Below, in pieces: positions 18,780 to 28,468 of a stretch of 43,903 nt of DNA. A model generated the notes under the pieces. The model had not been told where the DNA came from. It was given only the letters and a program-made list of their open reading frames with translations, and did no database searches. Source of the stretch: an uncultured Bacilli bacterium (GTDB taxonomy: Bacteria; Bacillota_I; Bacilli_A; RF39; UBA660); assembly GCA_947623815.1 (NCBI GenBank), contig CANQHO010000003.1, positions 1 to 43,903 on the forward strand, read 5' to 3'. The position numbers and the translations under genes were made by a program. How positions within the stretch are numbered: the stretch's first letter is position 1; each line of letters opens with the position of its first letter.

Positions 18780-18827
18780 TTTTCCTAAATACATAAAAGT
18801 GAATATACTTTTACATATTTAGGAAAA
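18780..18827 (-). terminator. Long intergenic hairpin (terminator or mRNA stabiliser)
   Basis: ttttcctaaata-tgt-aaaagt...actttt-atg-tatttaggaaaa on the minus strand, a stem of about 21 bp with G-U pairs. Confidence 0.7.
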
Positions 18828-18845
18828 ATAAATTTTCCTATTTGT

Positions 18846-19487
18846 TTAACCACCAAATGCGGCTGAAACTTTTCCTTTCATATCTTCAGCACTATTAGCT
18901 TTACTTTCAAGTTTTTTCTTCATTGCATCAGCTGTTTCAATATTAAGATTATCTAGATTTGTTTGAATAATAGATACTGAACTATTTAAAGCGGCTTGTT
19001 GAGCTCCACCATCATCATAAAAACCACAATTGGTAACAGCACTTTTGACATTTTCAAGTGCGGAAGAAGCCTCAGCTGCTAATGAAGAAATAACACCTAC
19101 TACATCAAGTGCAGCACTAACATCGACTCCTATAACTCCATTAATTTCTTTTCTAAATCCACTAGTGTCTACTGTTTGAAGTGCACCATCAAAAGAACTT
19201 TCTGAATATGATTCTTGGTTTTCTATTGCCCAAGCCGTTCCTGCTGAATTCATAGCATTAACTATTTCTAGACATTTATCATATGTAGCTTGAAGAATAC
19301 CATTTACAGTTTCACCAAAAGCATTAAATGTGTCTATAGCTTCTTGACTTGCCCATTTAGTTGCCATTTCATCAATGACTTGACTTTGCATATTAGTACC
19401 CATTGCAGTAACAGCATCTTTATAAGCACTATTAACTGAAGCGATAGACGACCTAATTTCGTCAGGATTAAAACCTGTTGTTGCCAT
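18846..19487 (-). CDS. Ala-rich WXG100-like protein, probably two tandem helical hairpins (EsxA-equivalent candidate)
   Basis: Likely start MATTGFNPDE at 19487 (GGAGGTG RBS); KWAS at the WxG position; own promoter; follows essC-esaB. Confidence 0.65.
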   Translation of the reverse strand: MATTGFNPDEIRSSIASVNSAYKDAVTAMGTNMQSQVIDEMATKWASQEAIDTFNAFGETVNGILQATYDKCLEIVNAMNSAGTAWAIENQESYSESSFDGALQTVDTSGFRKEINGVIGVDVSAALDVVGVISSLAAEASSALENVKSAVTNCGFYDDGGAQQAALNSSVSIIQTNLDNLNIETADAMKKKLESKANSAEDMKGKVSAAFGG

Positions 19488-19530
19488 TATTTCACCTCCC
19501 TCTTTTCGGATATGTTCCTTATCCATAATA

Positions 19531-19560
19531 ATCATATCACAATTTTTATATAAATATCAA
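19531..19560 (-). promoter_or_regulatory. Sigma-A promoter for the WXG100-like/effector cluster
   Basis: TTGATA-N18-TATGAT with extended TG. Confidence 0.5.
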
Positions 19561-19624
19561 CATCTTATATTTTTTTCGTGACATTTTTTCAAAAAAATAT
19601 TAAACTAAAATTATTTTAAATAAT

Positions 19625-19659
19625 AAAAACCAGTTTATATACTTTCAAACCGGTTTTTA
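19625..19659 (-). terminator. Terminator after the esaB-like gene
   Basis: aaaaaccggttt...aaactggttttt hairpin on the minus strand. Confidence 0.65.
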
Positions 19660-19666
19660 TCAACTT

Positions 19667-19933
19667 TTATTCTGATTTAAAAATCAATATTAACTCTGTA
19701 CCATTTCTAATATCTGTTTCAATTAAAATATCATTATTTGAATATATTTTACTAGTATCTTTATTTAATAAAATAACTTCATCATCGATATTTAATGGAA
19801 TATTTTTTAAGTCAGCCACTGATTTAATAATCAACTTTTTAATTTTCCATACCAATTCATTAACTGGCAAAAAAAGATCAAAACTAGTATCCAAATCGGG
19901 AATAAATAATTTAACTAATACCTTATTTTCCAT
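19667..19933 (-). CDS. EsaB/YukD-like ubiquitin-fold T7SS protein
   Basis: Likely start MENKVLVKL at 19933, overlapping the essC stop; FDLFLP and C-terminal L.ETDIRNGTELILI fit the YukD/EsaB pattern. Confidence 0.75.
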   Translation of the reverse strand: MENKVLVKLFIPDLDTSFDLFLPVNELVWKIKKLIIKSVADLKNIPLNIDDEVILLNKDTSKIYSNNDILIETDIRNGTELILIFKSE

Positions 19934-22900
19934 CTTGTTCCTCTTTTCCAAAAAAATTAAGTAATTTACAAAGAGTGGTAACACTATCACTTACAACATA
20001 TCCCATATTATTAGAAATATCTAACAACAATTGTTTAGTAATACTAGATAAATGCAATAAATTTTGACTACCTATACCATTGCCAATCCATATACCATTA
20101 TTGACACTAAAGAAATTATTAAACCATGTCTCAAACGCAAACTGTTTTATTTTAGCTGCATCATCACATATAACAACAGCTATTTTTTCATATTTCTTAA
20201 TCTTTTTAATAAAATCTTCCATTTTTCTTTTATCATCTAATTTGTTGATAAATTTATTTAAACCATAAATTAAAATAATTCCTTGTTGGTTGGAATGATT
20301 ATTTATTAGCTGATCTAAATAATTACTTATTCCATCCATATATTTATCTATATTATCAGTATAATAATTTGAATAATTATTATCCAATTTAAGAGCCTTT
20401 AAAGGATCAAATATCATTAAACTAAGATTAGGAATTTTACGAACTTCTTCTATAAAACTTTTTACAAATATATTGGTAGCATTTAATCGATTAGCAGTTA
20501 TTATATAACCTAAATTTGATAATAAATCTATGGTATTTACTTCTAAATTCTTTTTATTCATACCAACTGGAATACTACTAATATCACCAATATAATTTAA
20601 AACATTTTCCCAAGTCACAAATTCAGGTAATACTGGTATCAATTTAGCTTTATAAGTATTTTTCTGATTGACTTGTTCAATAAATTTACTTAAATATTCA
20701 TTTAAATTATTTTCATCTTCTAAAATACTGGCAGTTTGAAATTCATGAATTACATCTTGTTTTAATAATCCTCGACCAATTATATCCCTTAAAGTGACTC
20801 TAACTCGCATACCAAAAACGGATACATAATCACTAGAATCTTTCATTCTAAAAGCATAAACATTAGAACAATTCTGACTAATTTTATTATGGACAGAATT
20901 ATTAGCATTAGCGGTTATAATAAAGATAATACCATATCTTTCTGAATCTCTAATTATATCGGGAAGTTCATCATAAATACTTTGATTAGATTCATAAATA
21001 GAATCATAATTGTTTAAAACAATAATTTTTAAAGGAATTGGTTCTTTATTTTGAATATAACTTTCATATGAACCTCCAAAATTCACAAATTGCTTTTTTC
21101 TTTGTTGTAATTCTTCTTTAATCAGTTTAAACAAATTATTGTATTTTTCATCTTCACCCGCAAAGACAATTCCTCCAACATGAGCTAAATTTTGAAATCT
21201 TCTTAATGATTCGGAACCATAGTCAATAAAGTAAAAATTAACTTCATCAGCTTGATGATTTTTGACTGTAGAATAAATCATGGCATTTAAAAGCATTTCA
21301 CGTTCACTACCATCATTACCGTAAATAATAGTATTTCCATTGTTTAAATAATCATAACAAATAAGACCTTGTTCTTGGATTTCTGGAGCATCATACTCTC
21401 CTATTACGGCTTTAACATGATATTTAACTGGAGTATAATTATATTTACTTTCCAAATTATTAACTGTTATAATTGGTGGAATATTATCTAACCATAATTT
21501 TCTAGCTTTTTTATTTACACGTTCTGATGCCGAAATAATAGAATTCATAATAGAAGCTAATTGTTCGCCTTTAGCTTCTAATTTTATATTAGAGGCAGCT
21601 TGTAAACTTTTAACAATTACTCCACAATCATTGATAAAATTTATACTTTTATCTACTTGTTTAATAATAGTATCCGAAGGATAGTATTTAGCCCCACACC
21701 AAGCTGATTGACCTAAAGCAAAATATTCATCAAATCCAACTTGCAGATAGAAACGTCCGGTTTGTTTAATAAAAGCGGCTTCAGGTCTTTTAAGCATTTC
21801 TTTACTATCTTGTTCATCTTGAACTTTTAAACAAACTCTAAATTTAGCATTTGACCAGATTTGATCATTTACTACTCCACTTGGTTTTTGAGTTGCTAGA
21901 ATAAGGTGAACACCTAAAGAACGTCCAATTCTGGCAACACTTATTAAGTTGTCCATAAATTCCGGTTGTTGGGCTTTTAATTCAGCAAATTCATCACATA
22001 TTATAAATAGATGAGGAATAGCTTCACTTAATCTTCCATCTTTATAAAAACCTTGATATTTATAAATATTCATGGTGCTTTCCCCTAATTTATCACGAGC
22101 TTCATTAAATATTTTTTGTCTTCTTTTAACTTCACTATCAATACTAACTAAAGTTCTATCCATCTCCGCTTTATCTAAGTTGGTAATTGTTCCCGCTAAA
22201 TGCGGTAAAATTATATTATTAGTTTTGTTTTCAAAAGCAAAAGCTAAACCTCCACCTTTATAGTCAATTAAAATAAACGATACATCATCCGGACTATAAT
22301 TGATACACAAAGATAAAATATAAGTAATAATAAACTCTGATTTACCAGATCCTGTCATACCAGCTATTAAACCATGAGGTCCATGGTAGGTTTCATGTAA
22401 ATCTAAGTACATTAAATCACCATTTTCATCAACCCCTATTTCGGTTTTCAAACTTTCAGTTGGCGTGCTAGTATTCCATCTATTTAATATATTTAATTGT
22501 TCTACTTTACCTATTTTTTCCATTTCTAAAAATGATAAAGAATCTGGTAAAGACCGCATATCATTTTCAAATTCAATTGGAATGTTAGATAAAGTTTTTA
22601 CTACTTTACTTAAATCAACCGGATAATTGGTATCATTAGTTACCGTTATTTGTTCTTGTTCTTCATAAGCATTTTTAAGTACTTCAGTGTTATTATTAGA
22701 AACACTAATAAAGTTATTACATTTACTTGGTAATTTACTTAATTGATTTTCTAAAATAACTAAACTAAATCCCAAATTATCATCCATTTCAGTTACTGTT
22801 TTCGCAAATTCAAATCTTTTTATTTCATCATATCCATCAACAATAATAAAGTAATAAGGTTTAAAAATTGTTTTTTTATTGGATAATTGATTTATACGAC

Positions 22901-24473
22901 TATTAAGTTCGACTTGTAAATACTCATTGACAATTTTAGCACTTTCACTGGTAGTCGAATAAAATCTAAAATTACGATCATTACTAAAAATGTGATTGGT
23001 GTAACGAAAATTATCCCAATATTTTTTTCTTTCTTCATTAGTAAAAATAACTAATTTAAAATCTTCATAACTATAAAAAGTCAATAATTGTAAGATAATG
23101 TTATACATAAATGGTATGGTATTATTAGTAAATCCCATAACAGCAGTTATTTTATTTTCATAAAAAGAATAACCAATAGGAACGTTTTCAATATATTTAA
23201 ATTCTTCTACCAATTGATCAGCCTTTTCTCTAAGTTCATCTTCTTCAATTGTAAAGTCTTCATCGGGATATTGAATTTCAACATCTAATTTTTCATTTCC
23301 TATTCCTATTCTAGTTACTAAAAAATCACTTTGATCAATTCTTTTATCCCAAAAGTTAATTCTTTTATTTTCAATTATTTGTAAACATTCTTCTACCGTT
23401 AATAAGTTTTCTATTAAAATCTGTTTTTGTAAATTAGCTTCTCTCATTAAATCTAATTTTTTTTCGTCTAAATAACGACCATATTTAGTAATGATTTCTT
23501 TTTTTCTTTTCTTTTTCATATGTTTATTGTAAGCTTGAGTCAAAATAGGCCATAATATCATACTAATAAACATAGCCCCACTAGTTACTAATTGCGGCCA
23601 AGAATCTTCCATTGTTGTTTGTTTATTATTTATTCTTATAATAGTACTTACTAACATAGTAAGAGACATAATTCCCATGGTAAGCATTGGTCCAATTACT
23701 AAAATAACTGGCAATTCATTATTATTGCCATCTCTAGGTGGTTCACTTAATTTTATTTTTTTGGTTTCGATTATTCTTCTTAATCTAGGTGATTTAGAAT
23801 AGTAATCTTTTTTATCATATAAATCAACATCTTTAAATTCTCTTTGTTCTATTTTTTCTGGTTCAGGAAACAAATAAGGCGTTAAATGAGCTTCATTATT
23901 TACAATTATGTTATTATTATATATCAATACTATTCCATTTAAAAACACGATTCTAAATCCATAAAGTTCTACTGTATCACCAAATTTTATATAACTAGCA
24001 TTACCTTCTAAGGAATATTTATTTATATATACTGGGGTATTTCCTTTTTTTTGCAGTAACAAATAGTTATTTTGGTAAGATATTTGTAATACTAAATCAT
24101 TTAAATATTTACTTGGAAATTTTAAGGTAGCATTTTCAGTATTACCGATAATAAGATTTATATCAGTTTTATATGTATATGAAAGCATCACTCCAGGACT
24201 TATTTGGCTAACATAAATTAAATAACTAACATTATCTCTTTTTAAAATATAAAAATTATTAACTGCTAATTCAACTTGAGCTACTTGAACCTCATTTAAA
24301 AAGACTTGAACATTTTTACTTTGGCATAAAACCCACTTATCGTTTATAGCTTCAATATTGATAAGTTTATTTTCTTCATCTTTATTTACATCAAATAAGA
24401 AACTACCAGCCACTTCAAAAGGAAGTTCAAAATCAACTATTCTGTTAGCTAAATATAAAGATATCTTCATCAT
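19923..24473 (-). CDS. essC: Type VII secretion ATPase EssC (FtsK/SpoIIIE family)
   Basis: 1516 aa; FHA-like beta-rich N-terminus, SPR motif, two TM helices, HGPHGLIAGMTGSGKSE, IDYKGGG, LPHLAGTITNLD, DEFAELK, ARIGRSLGVHLILATQKPSGVV; degenerate D2 and D3. Confidence 0.95.
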   Translation of the reverse strand: MMKISLYLANRIVDFELPFEVAGSFLFDVNKDEENKLINIEAINDKWVLCQSKNVQVFLNEVQVAQVELAVNNFYILKRDNVSYLIYVSQISPGVMLSYTYKTDINLIIGNTENATLKFPSKYLNDLVLQISYQNNYLLLQKKGNTPVYINKYSLEGNASYIKFGDTVELYGFRIVFLNGIVLIYNNNIIVNNEAHLTPYLFPEPEKIEQREFKDVDLYDKKDYYSKSPRLRRIIETKKIKLSEPPRDGNNNELPVILVIGPMLTMGIMSLTMLVSTIIRINNKQTTMEDSWPQLVTSGAMFISMILWPILTQAYNKHMKKKRKKEIITKYGRYLDEKKLDLMREANLQKQILIENLLTVEECLQIIENKRINFWDKRIDQSDFLVTRIGIGNEKLDVEIQYPDEDFTIEEDELREKADQLVEEFKYIENVPIGYSFYENKITAVMGFTNNTIPFMYNIILQLLTFYSYEDFKLVIFTNEERKKYWDNFRYTNHIFSNDRNFRFYSTTSESAKIVNEYLQVELNSRINQLSNKKTIFKPYYFIIVDGYDEIKRFEFAKTVTEMDDNLGFSLVILENQLSKLPSKCNNFISVSNNNTEVLKNAYEEQEQITVTNDTNYPVDLSKVVKTLSNIPIEFENDMRSLPDSLSFLEMEKIGKVEQLNILNRWNTSTPTESLKTEIGVDENGDLMYLDLHETYHGPHGLIAGMTGSGKSEFIITYILSLCINYSPDDVSFILIDYKGGGLAFAFENKTNNIILPHLAGTITNLDKAEMDRTLVSIDSEVKRRQKIFNEARDKLGESTMNIYKYQGFYKDGRLSEAIPHLFIICDEFAELKAQQPEFMDNLISVARIGRSLGVHLILATQKPSGVVNDQIWSNAKFRVCLKVQDEQDSKEMLKRPEAAFIKQTGRFYLQVGFDEYFALGQSAWCGAKYYPSDTIIKQVDKSINFINDCGVIVKSLQAASNIKLEAKGEQLASIMNSIISASERVNKKARKLWLDNIPPIITVNNLESKYNYTPVKYHVKAVIGEYDAPEIQEQGLICYDYLNNGNTIIYGNDGSEREMLLNAMIYSTVKNHQADEVNFYFIDYGSESLRRFQNLAHVGGIVFAGEDEKYNNLFKLIKEELQQRKKQFVNFGGSYESYIQNKEPIPLKIIVLNNYDSIYESNQSIYDELPDIIRDSERYGIIFIITANANNSVHNKISQNCSNVYAFRMKDSSDYVSVFGMRVRVTLRDIIGRGLLKQDVIHEFQTASILEDENNLNEYLSKFIEQVNQKNTYKAKLIPVLPEFVTWENVLNYIGDISSIPVGMNKKNLEVNTIDLLSNLGYIITANRLNATNIFVKSFIEEVRKIPNLSLMIFDPLKALKLDNNYSNYYTDNIDKYMDGISNYLDQLINNHSNQQGIILIYGLNKFINKLDDKRKMEDFIKKIKKYEKIAVVICDDAAKIKQFAFETWFNNFFSVNNGIWIGNGIGSQNLLHLSSITKQLLLDISNNMGYVVSDSVTTLCKLLNFFGKEEQDGK

Positions 24474-24496
24474 AACACCTCTTTATTGTCATAATG

Positions 24497-24525
24497 ATTA
24501 TATCAAATTAAAGTATTTATTTCAA
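24497..24525 (-). promoter_or_regulatory. Sigma-A promoter of essC
   Basis: TTGAAA-N17-TATAAT with extended TG. Confidence 0.75.
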
Positions 24526-24547
24526 TCAAAAATATAATGAGTCTATA

Positions 24548-24584
24548 ACAAAAAACTTAGCTTTGATAAAACTAAGTTTTTTGT
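24548..24584 (-). terminator. Terminator after the pilin-SGNH gene
   Basis: acaaaaaacttag...ctaagttttttgt 13-bp inverted repeat. Confidence 0.8.
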
Positions 24585-24595
24585 AATCAACATTA

Positions 24596-26194
24596 CTATA
24601 AACATTTTTTCTTTATTTGATTATAAACTGCTGTATATCCAGCATCCGTATAATGTAATAAATCAGAAGCATATTTTCCTTTTAAAGATAGATCTTTATT
24701 TATATTACAATAACTGACATTACTCAATTTAGCAGATGATATTTTAGACTTCATTGCTGAATTAAAATCACTTATATTAGTTTTAGTTACTGGATAACTA
24801 CCACCCGTAGAATCACCACCTATAGGTGTTACAGATCCAAAAATTATATTTTGATTTTTCCAATCACCTTTAGCAAGCTTCTTTACTATATCCATATATT
24901 TTGTAGCTACTGCTTTAACCTCTGATGACGTACCAGAAATATCATTTACACCTAATAATATAACAATATTATACTTAGTATTTGAATCATTTTTTAGAAT
25001 GGTAGTAACTCCATTAGATCCGGTTTGTTCAAACCAAATATAACCTTTTCCCGTTTGACAAACAGCTTGATAATCACGACATGTTCCAGAATAATAACTA
25101 TCACCAACACCACAAATACCAGCAGTTCTAGAATCACCTAACAATATAGTTTTAGTTCCCTTTTTATTTTTCTTAGAAGACTTATTATCATCATCATCTT
25201 TAGTATTAGTAGTTACAGTATGGGTTGATTTTGGTGGAACTTTAGTTGGGGTTTTATTTTGGCGATCATTAACAGCAGGATCAATATATCCAGCATCTCT
25301 ACAATCAGATTCTGTTGTTAAGAAACAAGATACACATCCCATAAAATTATTTTTTTCTCCAACTAGTCCAAATACCCATTGACTAATAGCCATAACAAAG
25401 AATATCGCAAGTCCAGCAATTATTCTTCTAACAAACTTGTTTTTTTGATCATCCATGTTACTTTCATTAGAACTTGTCATGGCTTTAAAGAAATCTAACA
25501 TACCTAATACAATTATAATAATAGGAACTAATAATTTTAAAATATTATATAAAGCTCGGACAAAAGCTGGCAAACCAGCTGGTATTTGATCTCCATCATT
25601 CCCCGTACAGGAAATAGCTTTTATTTGGCCTACACTACCGCCACCGGTATCAGTAGAAGGAGTTGTAGGATTTTCCATTTCTTCTTTAGTCGTTGTTGTA
25701 ATACATGCTTTTGATGTCGAACTACAAACACTACCATTTAAACTAGTTGGACAATCTTCTCCTGGCTCATAATCTTCACATTTAGTTTCACTTTTTAATT
25801 TACAACCAGTTTTGGTTTTCCCACAAGCATTTCCATCGGCATAATCAGGGCAAGCATCCTTGCTATAATCGGAACATATTTTATGGTTTTGATTAGTTGC
25901 TGCATTGATACACTTTTCGGTTGTTTCATCGTAATCACATAATTGTCCCGTACTATCCAAACCACAAGATTTCTCTCCAAATATTAAATACTTTTTTTTC
26001 GGCTCAACACTAGAACACGGTGTTTTTATTGTTTTAAAATCGCACTTTCCATCGATAACTGCACATGTATTTTTTTTATCATCTGTTTTATGTTTAGAAC
26101 AATCCTTGGTAGAATAATCCGTACAATACTTTCCATAAACACTAGGTACTAGTACAAAAAAACATAAAATAATAAACAACAATTTTTTCTTCAT
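24596..26194 (-). CDS. Signal peptide, Cys-rich repeats, TrbC/VirB2-pilin-like core, SGNH/GDSL hydrolase
   Basis: Same core as 6056..7954; SGNH blocks LLGDS, G (TGKG), LLGVND and DLLH. Confidence 0.8.
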   Translation of the reverse strand: MKKKLLFIILCFFVLVPSVYGKYCTDYSTKDCSKHKTDDKKNTCAVIDGKCDFKTIKTPCSSVEPKKKYLIFGEKSCGLDSTGQLCDYDETTEKCINAATNQNHKICSDYSKDACPDYADGNACGKTKTGCKLKSETKCEDYEPGEDCPTSLNGSVCSSTSKACITTTTKEEMENPTTPSTDTGGGSVGQIKAISCTGNDGDQIPAGLPAFVRALYNILKLLVPIIIIVLGMLDFFKAMTSSNESNMDDQKNKFVRRIIAGLAIFFVMAISQWVFGLVGEKNNFMGCVSCFLTTESDCRDAGYIDPAVNDRQNKTPTKVPPKSTHTVTTNTKDDDDNKSSKKNKKGTKTILLGDSRTAGICGVGDSYYSGTCRDYQAVCQTGKGYIWFEQTGSNGVTTILKNDSNTKYNIVILLGVNDISGTSSEVKAVATKYMDIVKKLAKGDWKNQNIIFGSVTPIGGDSTGGSYPVTKTNISDFNSAMKSKISSAKLSNVSYCNINKDLSLKGKYASDLLHYTDAGYTAVYNQIKKKCL

Positions 26195-27628
26195 TTTTTT
26201 CTCCTTTTATTTTAACTAACTTTTTAAAGTAATGCGGTAAGCATAAAGAAATCTTACTTTAGGTAAATCCATAACTAAAGGTTGCTTAGTCAATATTCTC
26301 TCTGGAGTTCCACAATCATATCTTTCCCATTTACCATTTTTTCTTTTATTTCCTAAAATAAATACATGGCTAACAGTTTTACCAACCGCTCCAGCTCTTT
26401 GAAAAATAATATCTCCTGGTTGAACATCACTCATATTACTTATTCGTTTGAAACCATGTTTTTTAACCCAAGCAGTCATATCTCGTTCTTTATTTGGATT
26501 CCAAACTGTTAAACCTTGAACTTTAGGTTGATCCTTAAATCCCAATCTATATAAAACCCATCCTACACACCGATCACAACTAACTTTTTTAGCAGCATGA
26601 TTCATGGCCGGATTATATGGTGCATCTCCATAAGTGAATTTATGTTTTCTAACATAATCAGTTACCCATTTTGCCTCTTTTAAAATCTTTTCCGCATCAG
26701 GGTTAACCAAACCACCTATTACGGCCGTATTCGTTGATTTGGGTGGAGTTTTATTGGGACTTTTATTTTGCCTATCATTAACAGCTGGATCGATATATCC
26801 AGCATCAATACAATCCTCTCCACTAGATAAGAAACATGATACACATCCCATAAAATTATCTTTTTCACCAATTAGTCCAAATACCCATTGACTTATAACC
26901 ATAACCAAGAATATCATTATTCCCCCTAAAATTCTTCTGATAAACTTACTTTTTTGGCCATCCATATCACTTTCATTACCACTAGTAGCAGCTTTAAAAA
27001 AGTCCAACATTCCTAAAATGATAATTATCGAAGGAACTAACAATTTTAAAATATTATATAAACCTCTTACAAAAATAGGTAAATTTTCTGGTATTTGATC
27101 TTTAGCATCACCAGTACAAGTTATAGCTTTTATTTGACCGGTACTGCCTTCCTCAGTATCTGTATAAGCAGTGGTTTCTGTATCAGTAGTGTCCTCTGTA
27201 TTACTAACATTATTTTCGAATTCTTCCTTAGTTATACAAGCATTGGCAGTTGGACTACAAGCCACCCCATCGGCATAATCAGGACAATTATCGGCATTGT
27301 AATCAGAACATAATTTATGATTTTGATTAGTTGCCGCATTGATACACTTTTCGGTTGTTTCATCATAAGTACACAACTGTCCAGTACTATCCAAACCACA
27401 AGATTTCTCTCCAAATATTAAATACTTTTTTTTCGGTTTGACACTAGAACATGGAGTTTTTATTTTTTTAAAATCACATCTTCCATCAATAACTGCACAT
27501 GTATTTTTTTTATCATCAGTTTTATGATTAGAACAATTACTATCAGAATAATCTGTACAATATTTACCATTAACACTAGGAACTAATATGAAAAAACATA
27601 AAATGATAAACCACAATTTTTTCTTCAT
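25890..27628. repeat. Tandem paralogue duplication (near-identical 5' regions at about 25890-26194 and 27320-27628)
   Basis: Long shared DNA stretches, e.g. tactatccaaaccacaagatttctctccaaatattaaatacttttttttcgg in both genes. Confidence 0.9.
26216..27628 (-). CDS. Signal peptide, Cys-rich repeats, TrbC/VirB2-pilin-like core, NlpC/P60-like peptidoglycan amidohydrolase
   Basis: Likely start MKKKLWF at 27628 (AAGGAGG RBS); head has FTYG, SCDRCVGWVLY (Cys), VQPGDIIF and HVFI (His). Confidence 0.78.
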   Translation of the reverse strand: MKKKLWFIILCFFILVPSVNGKYCTDYSDSNCSNHKTDDKKNTCAVIDGRCDFKKIKTPCSSVKPKKKYLIFGEKSCGLDSTGQLCTYDETTEKCINAATNQNHKLCSDYNADNCPDYADGVACSPTANACITKEEFENNVSNTEDTTDTETTAYTDTEEGSTGQIKAITCTGDAKDQIPENLPIFVRGLYNILKLLVPSIIIILGMLDFFKAATSGNESDMDGQKSKFIRRILGGIMIFLVMVISQWVFGLIGEKDNFMGCVSCFLSSGEDCIDAGYIDPAVNDRQNKSPNKTPPKSTNTAVIGGLVNPDAEKILKEAKWVTDYVRKHKFTYGDAPYNPAMNHAAKKVSCDRCVGWVLYRLGFKDQPKVQGLTVWNPNKERDMTAWVKKHGFKRISNMSDVQPGDIIFQRAGAVGKTVSHVFILGNKRKNGKWERYDCGTPERILTKQPLVMDLPKVRFLYAYRITLKS

Positions 27629-27663
27629 TTTTTCCTCCTTACGAAGCATAAATTCTTTTATAA

Positions 27664-27692
27664 ATTATAACATTTCTTGATATTACTTACAA
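27664..27692 (-). promoter_or_regulatory. Sigma-A promoter for the two tandem pilin-hydrolase genes
   Basis: TTGTAA-N17-TATAAT with extended TG. Confidence 0.7.
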
Positions 27693-27697
27693 GTATA

Positions 27698-28468
27698 TTA
27701 CTTTAGAGTTTTACCAGTTTCAATTTCGGCAAAAGTTCTATTTTTCTTTATATTACCCATGAAATAATTATCGATAATACTTTTTCCTTGATTATACCAA
27801 TTATGACCATAATTTAAAAATTTTAATCCTTTTTTAAAATATTCATAAGCTTCGCTACTAGGAAAACATTTTTTAAACATTTCTTCATCAGAATAAAACG
27901 AAGCCTTTATAATATTTTCCCAAGAAATAGTGTTCGCTAAACGAAAGATGGCATTAGTACTAGCTACATACAAATTATTTACTTTATTCTGCACTAAACA
28001 AGCAATAAAATTTACGATTGGCTCTAAAAAAACATCATCACCATCTTTGATGGTTACTTTATATCCTAAATTTTCCATGGTACAAAAAACTTGGGTTTCA
28101 ATTTTTAAAACATCATTATTTTTAATAGTACATATAGCATGTATTACTTCATGAACTAAAACATCAGTAAAATCTTGTTTTAGTTTTTCATTATTTAAAT
28201 AATTTTTATCAAAATACAAATTGATACTATTTTCTTCAAAACCAACATATTGAGCCATCATATTAGTAAATGATGAACTAGGTTTTTCATTATCCCTTTT
28301 AAAATTAATACTTTTTAAATTACTTTCTAACCTAGTAATTATTTCATCAAAGGGAATTATATTTTCCACCATTTTAGTAAATTCTAAAAGACATTCTTTT
28401 AAAATGTTTCTAACTAACTCATCTTCTATTTTTCTTTCATTTAAAAACTTTTCAATTCTTTCTACCAT
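27698..28468 (-). CDS. Hypothetical HExxH (zincin-like) protein
   Basis: VLVHEVIHA with a downstream Glu (FLEPIVN); no signal peptide. Confidence 0.6.
   Translation of the reverse strand: MVERIEKFLNERKIEDELVRNILKECLLEFTKMVENIIPFDEIITRLESNLKSINFKRDNEKPSSSFTNMMAQYVGFEENSINLYFDKNYLNNEKLKQDFTDVLVHEVIHAICTIKNNDVLKIETQVFCTMENLGYKVTIKDGDDVFLEPIVNFIACLVQNKVNNLYVASTNAIFRLANTISWENIIKASFYSDEEMFKKCFPSSEAYEYFKKGLKFLNYGHNWYNQGKSIIDNYFMGNIKKNRTFAEIETGKTLK

Noticed and set aside
19923-24473. FtsK/SpoIIIE DNA translocase or conjugative coupling protein
   Set aside because: Length, FHA-like N-terminus, HGPHGLIAG and IDYKGGG motifs, and the neighbouring YukD-like and WXG100-like genes point to EssC.
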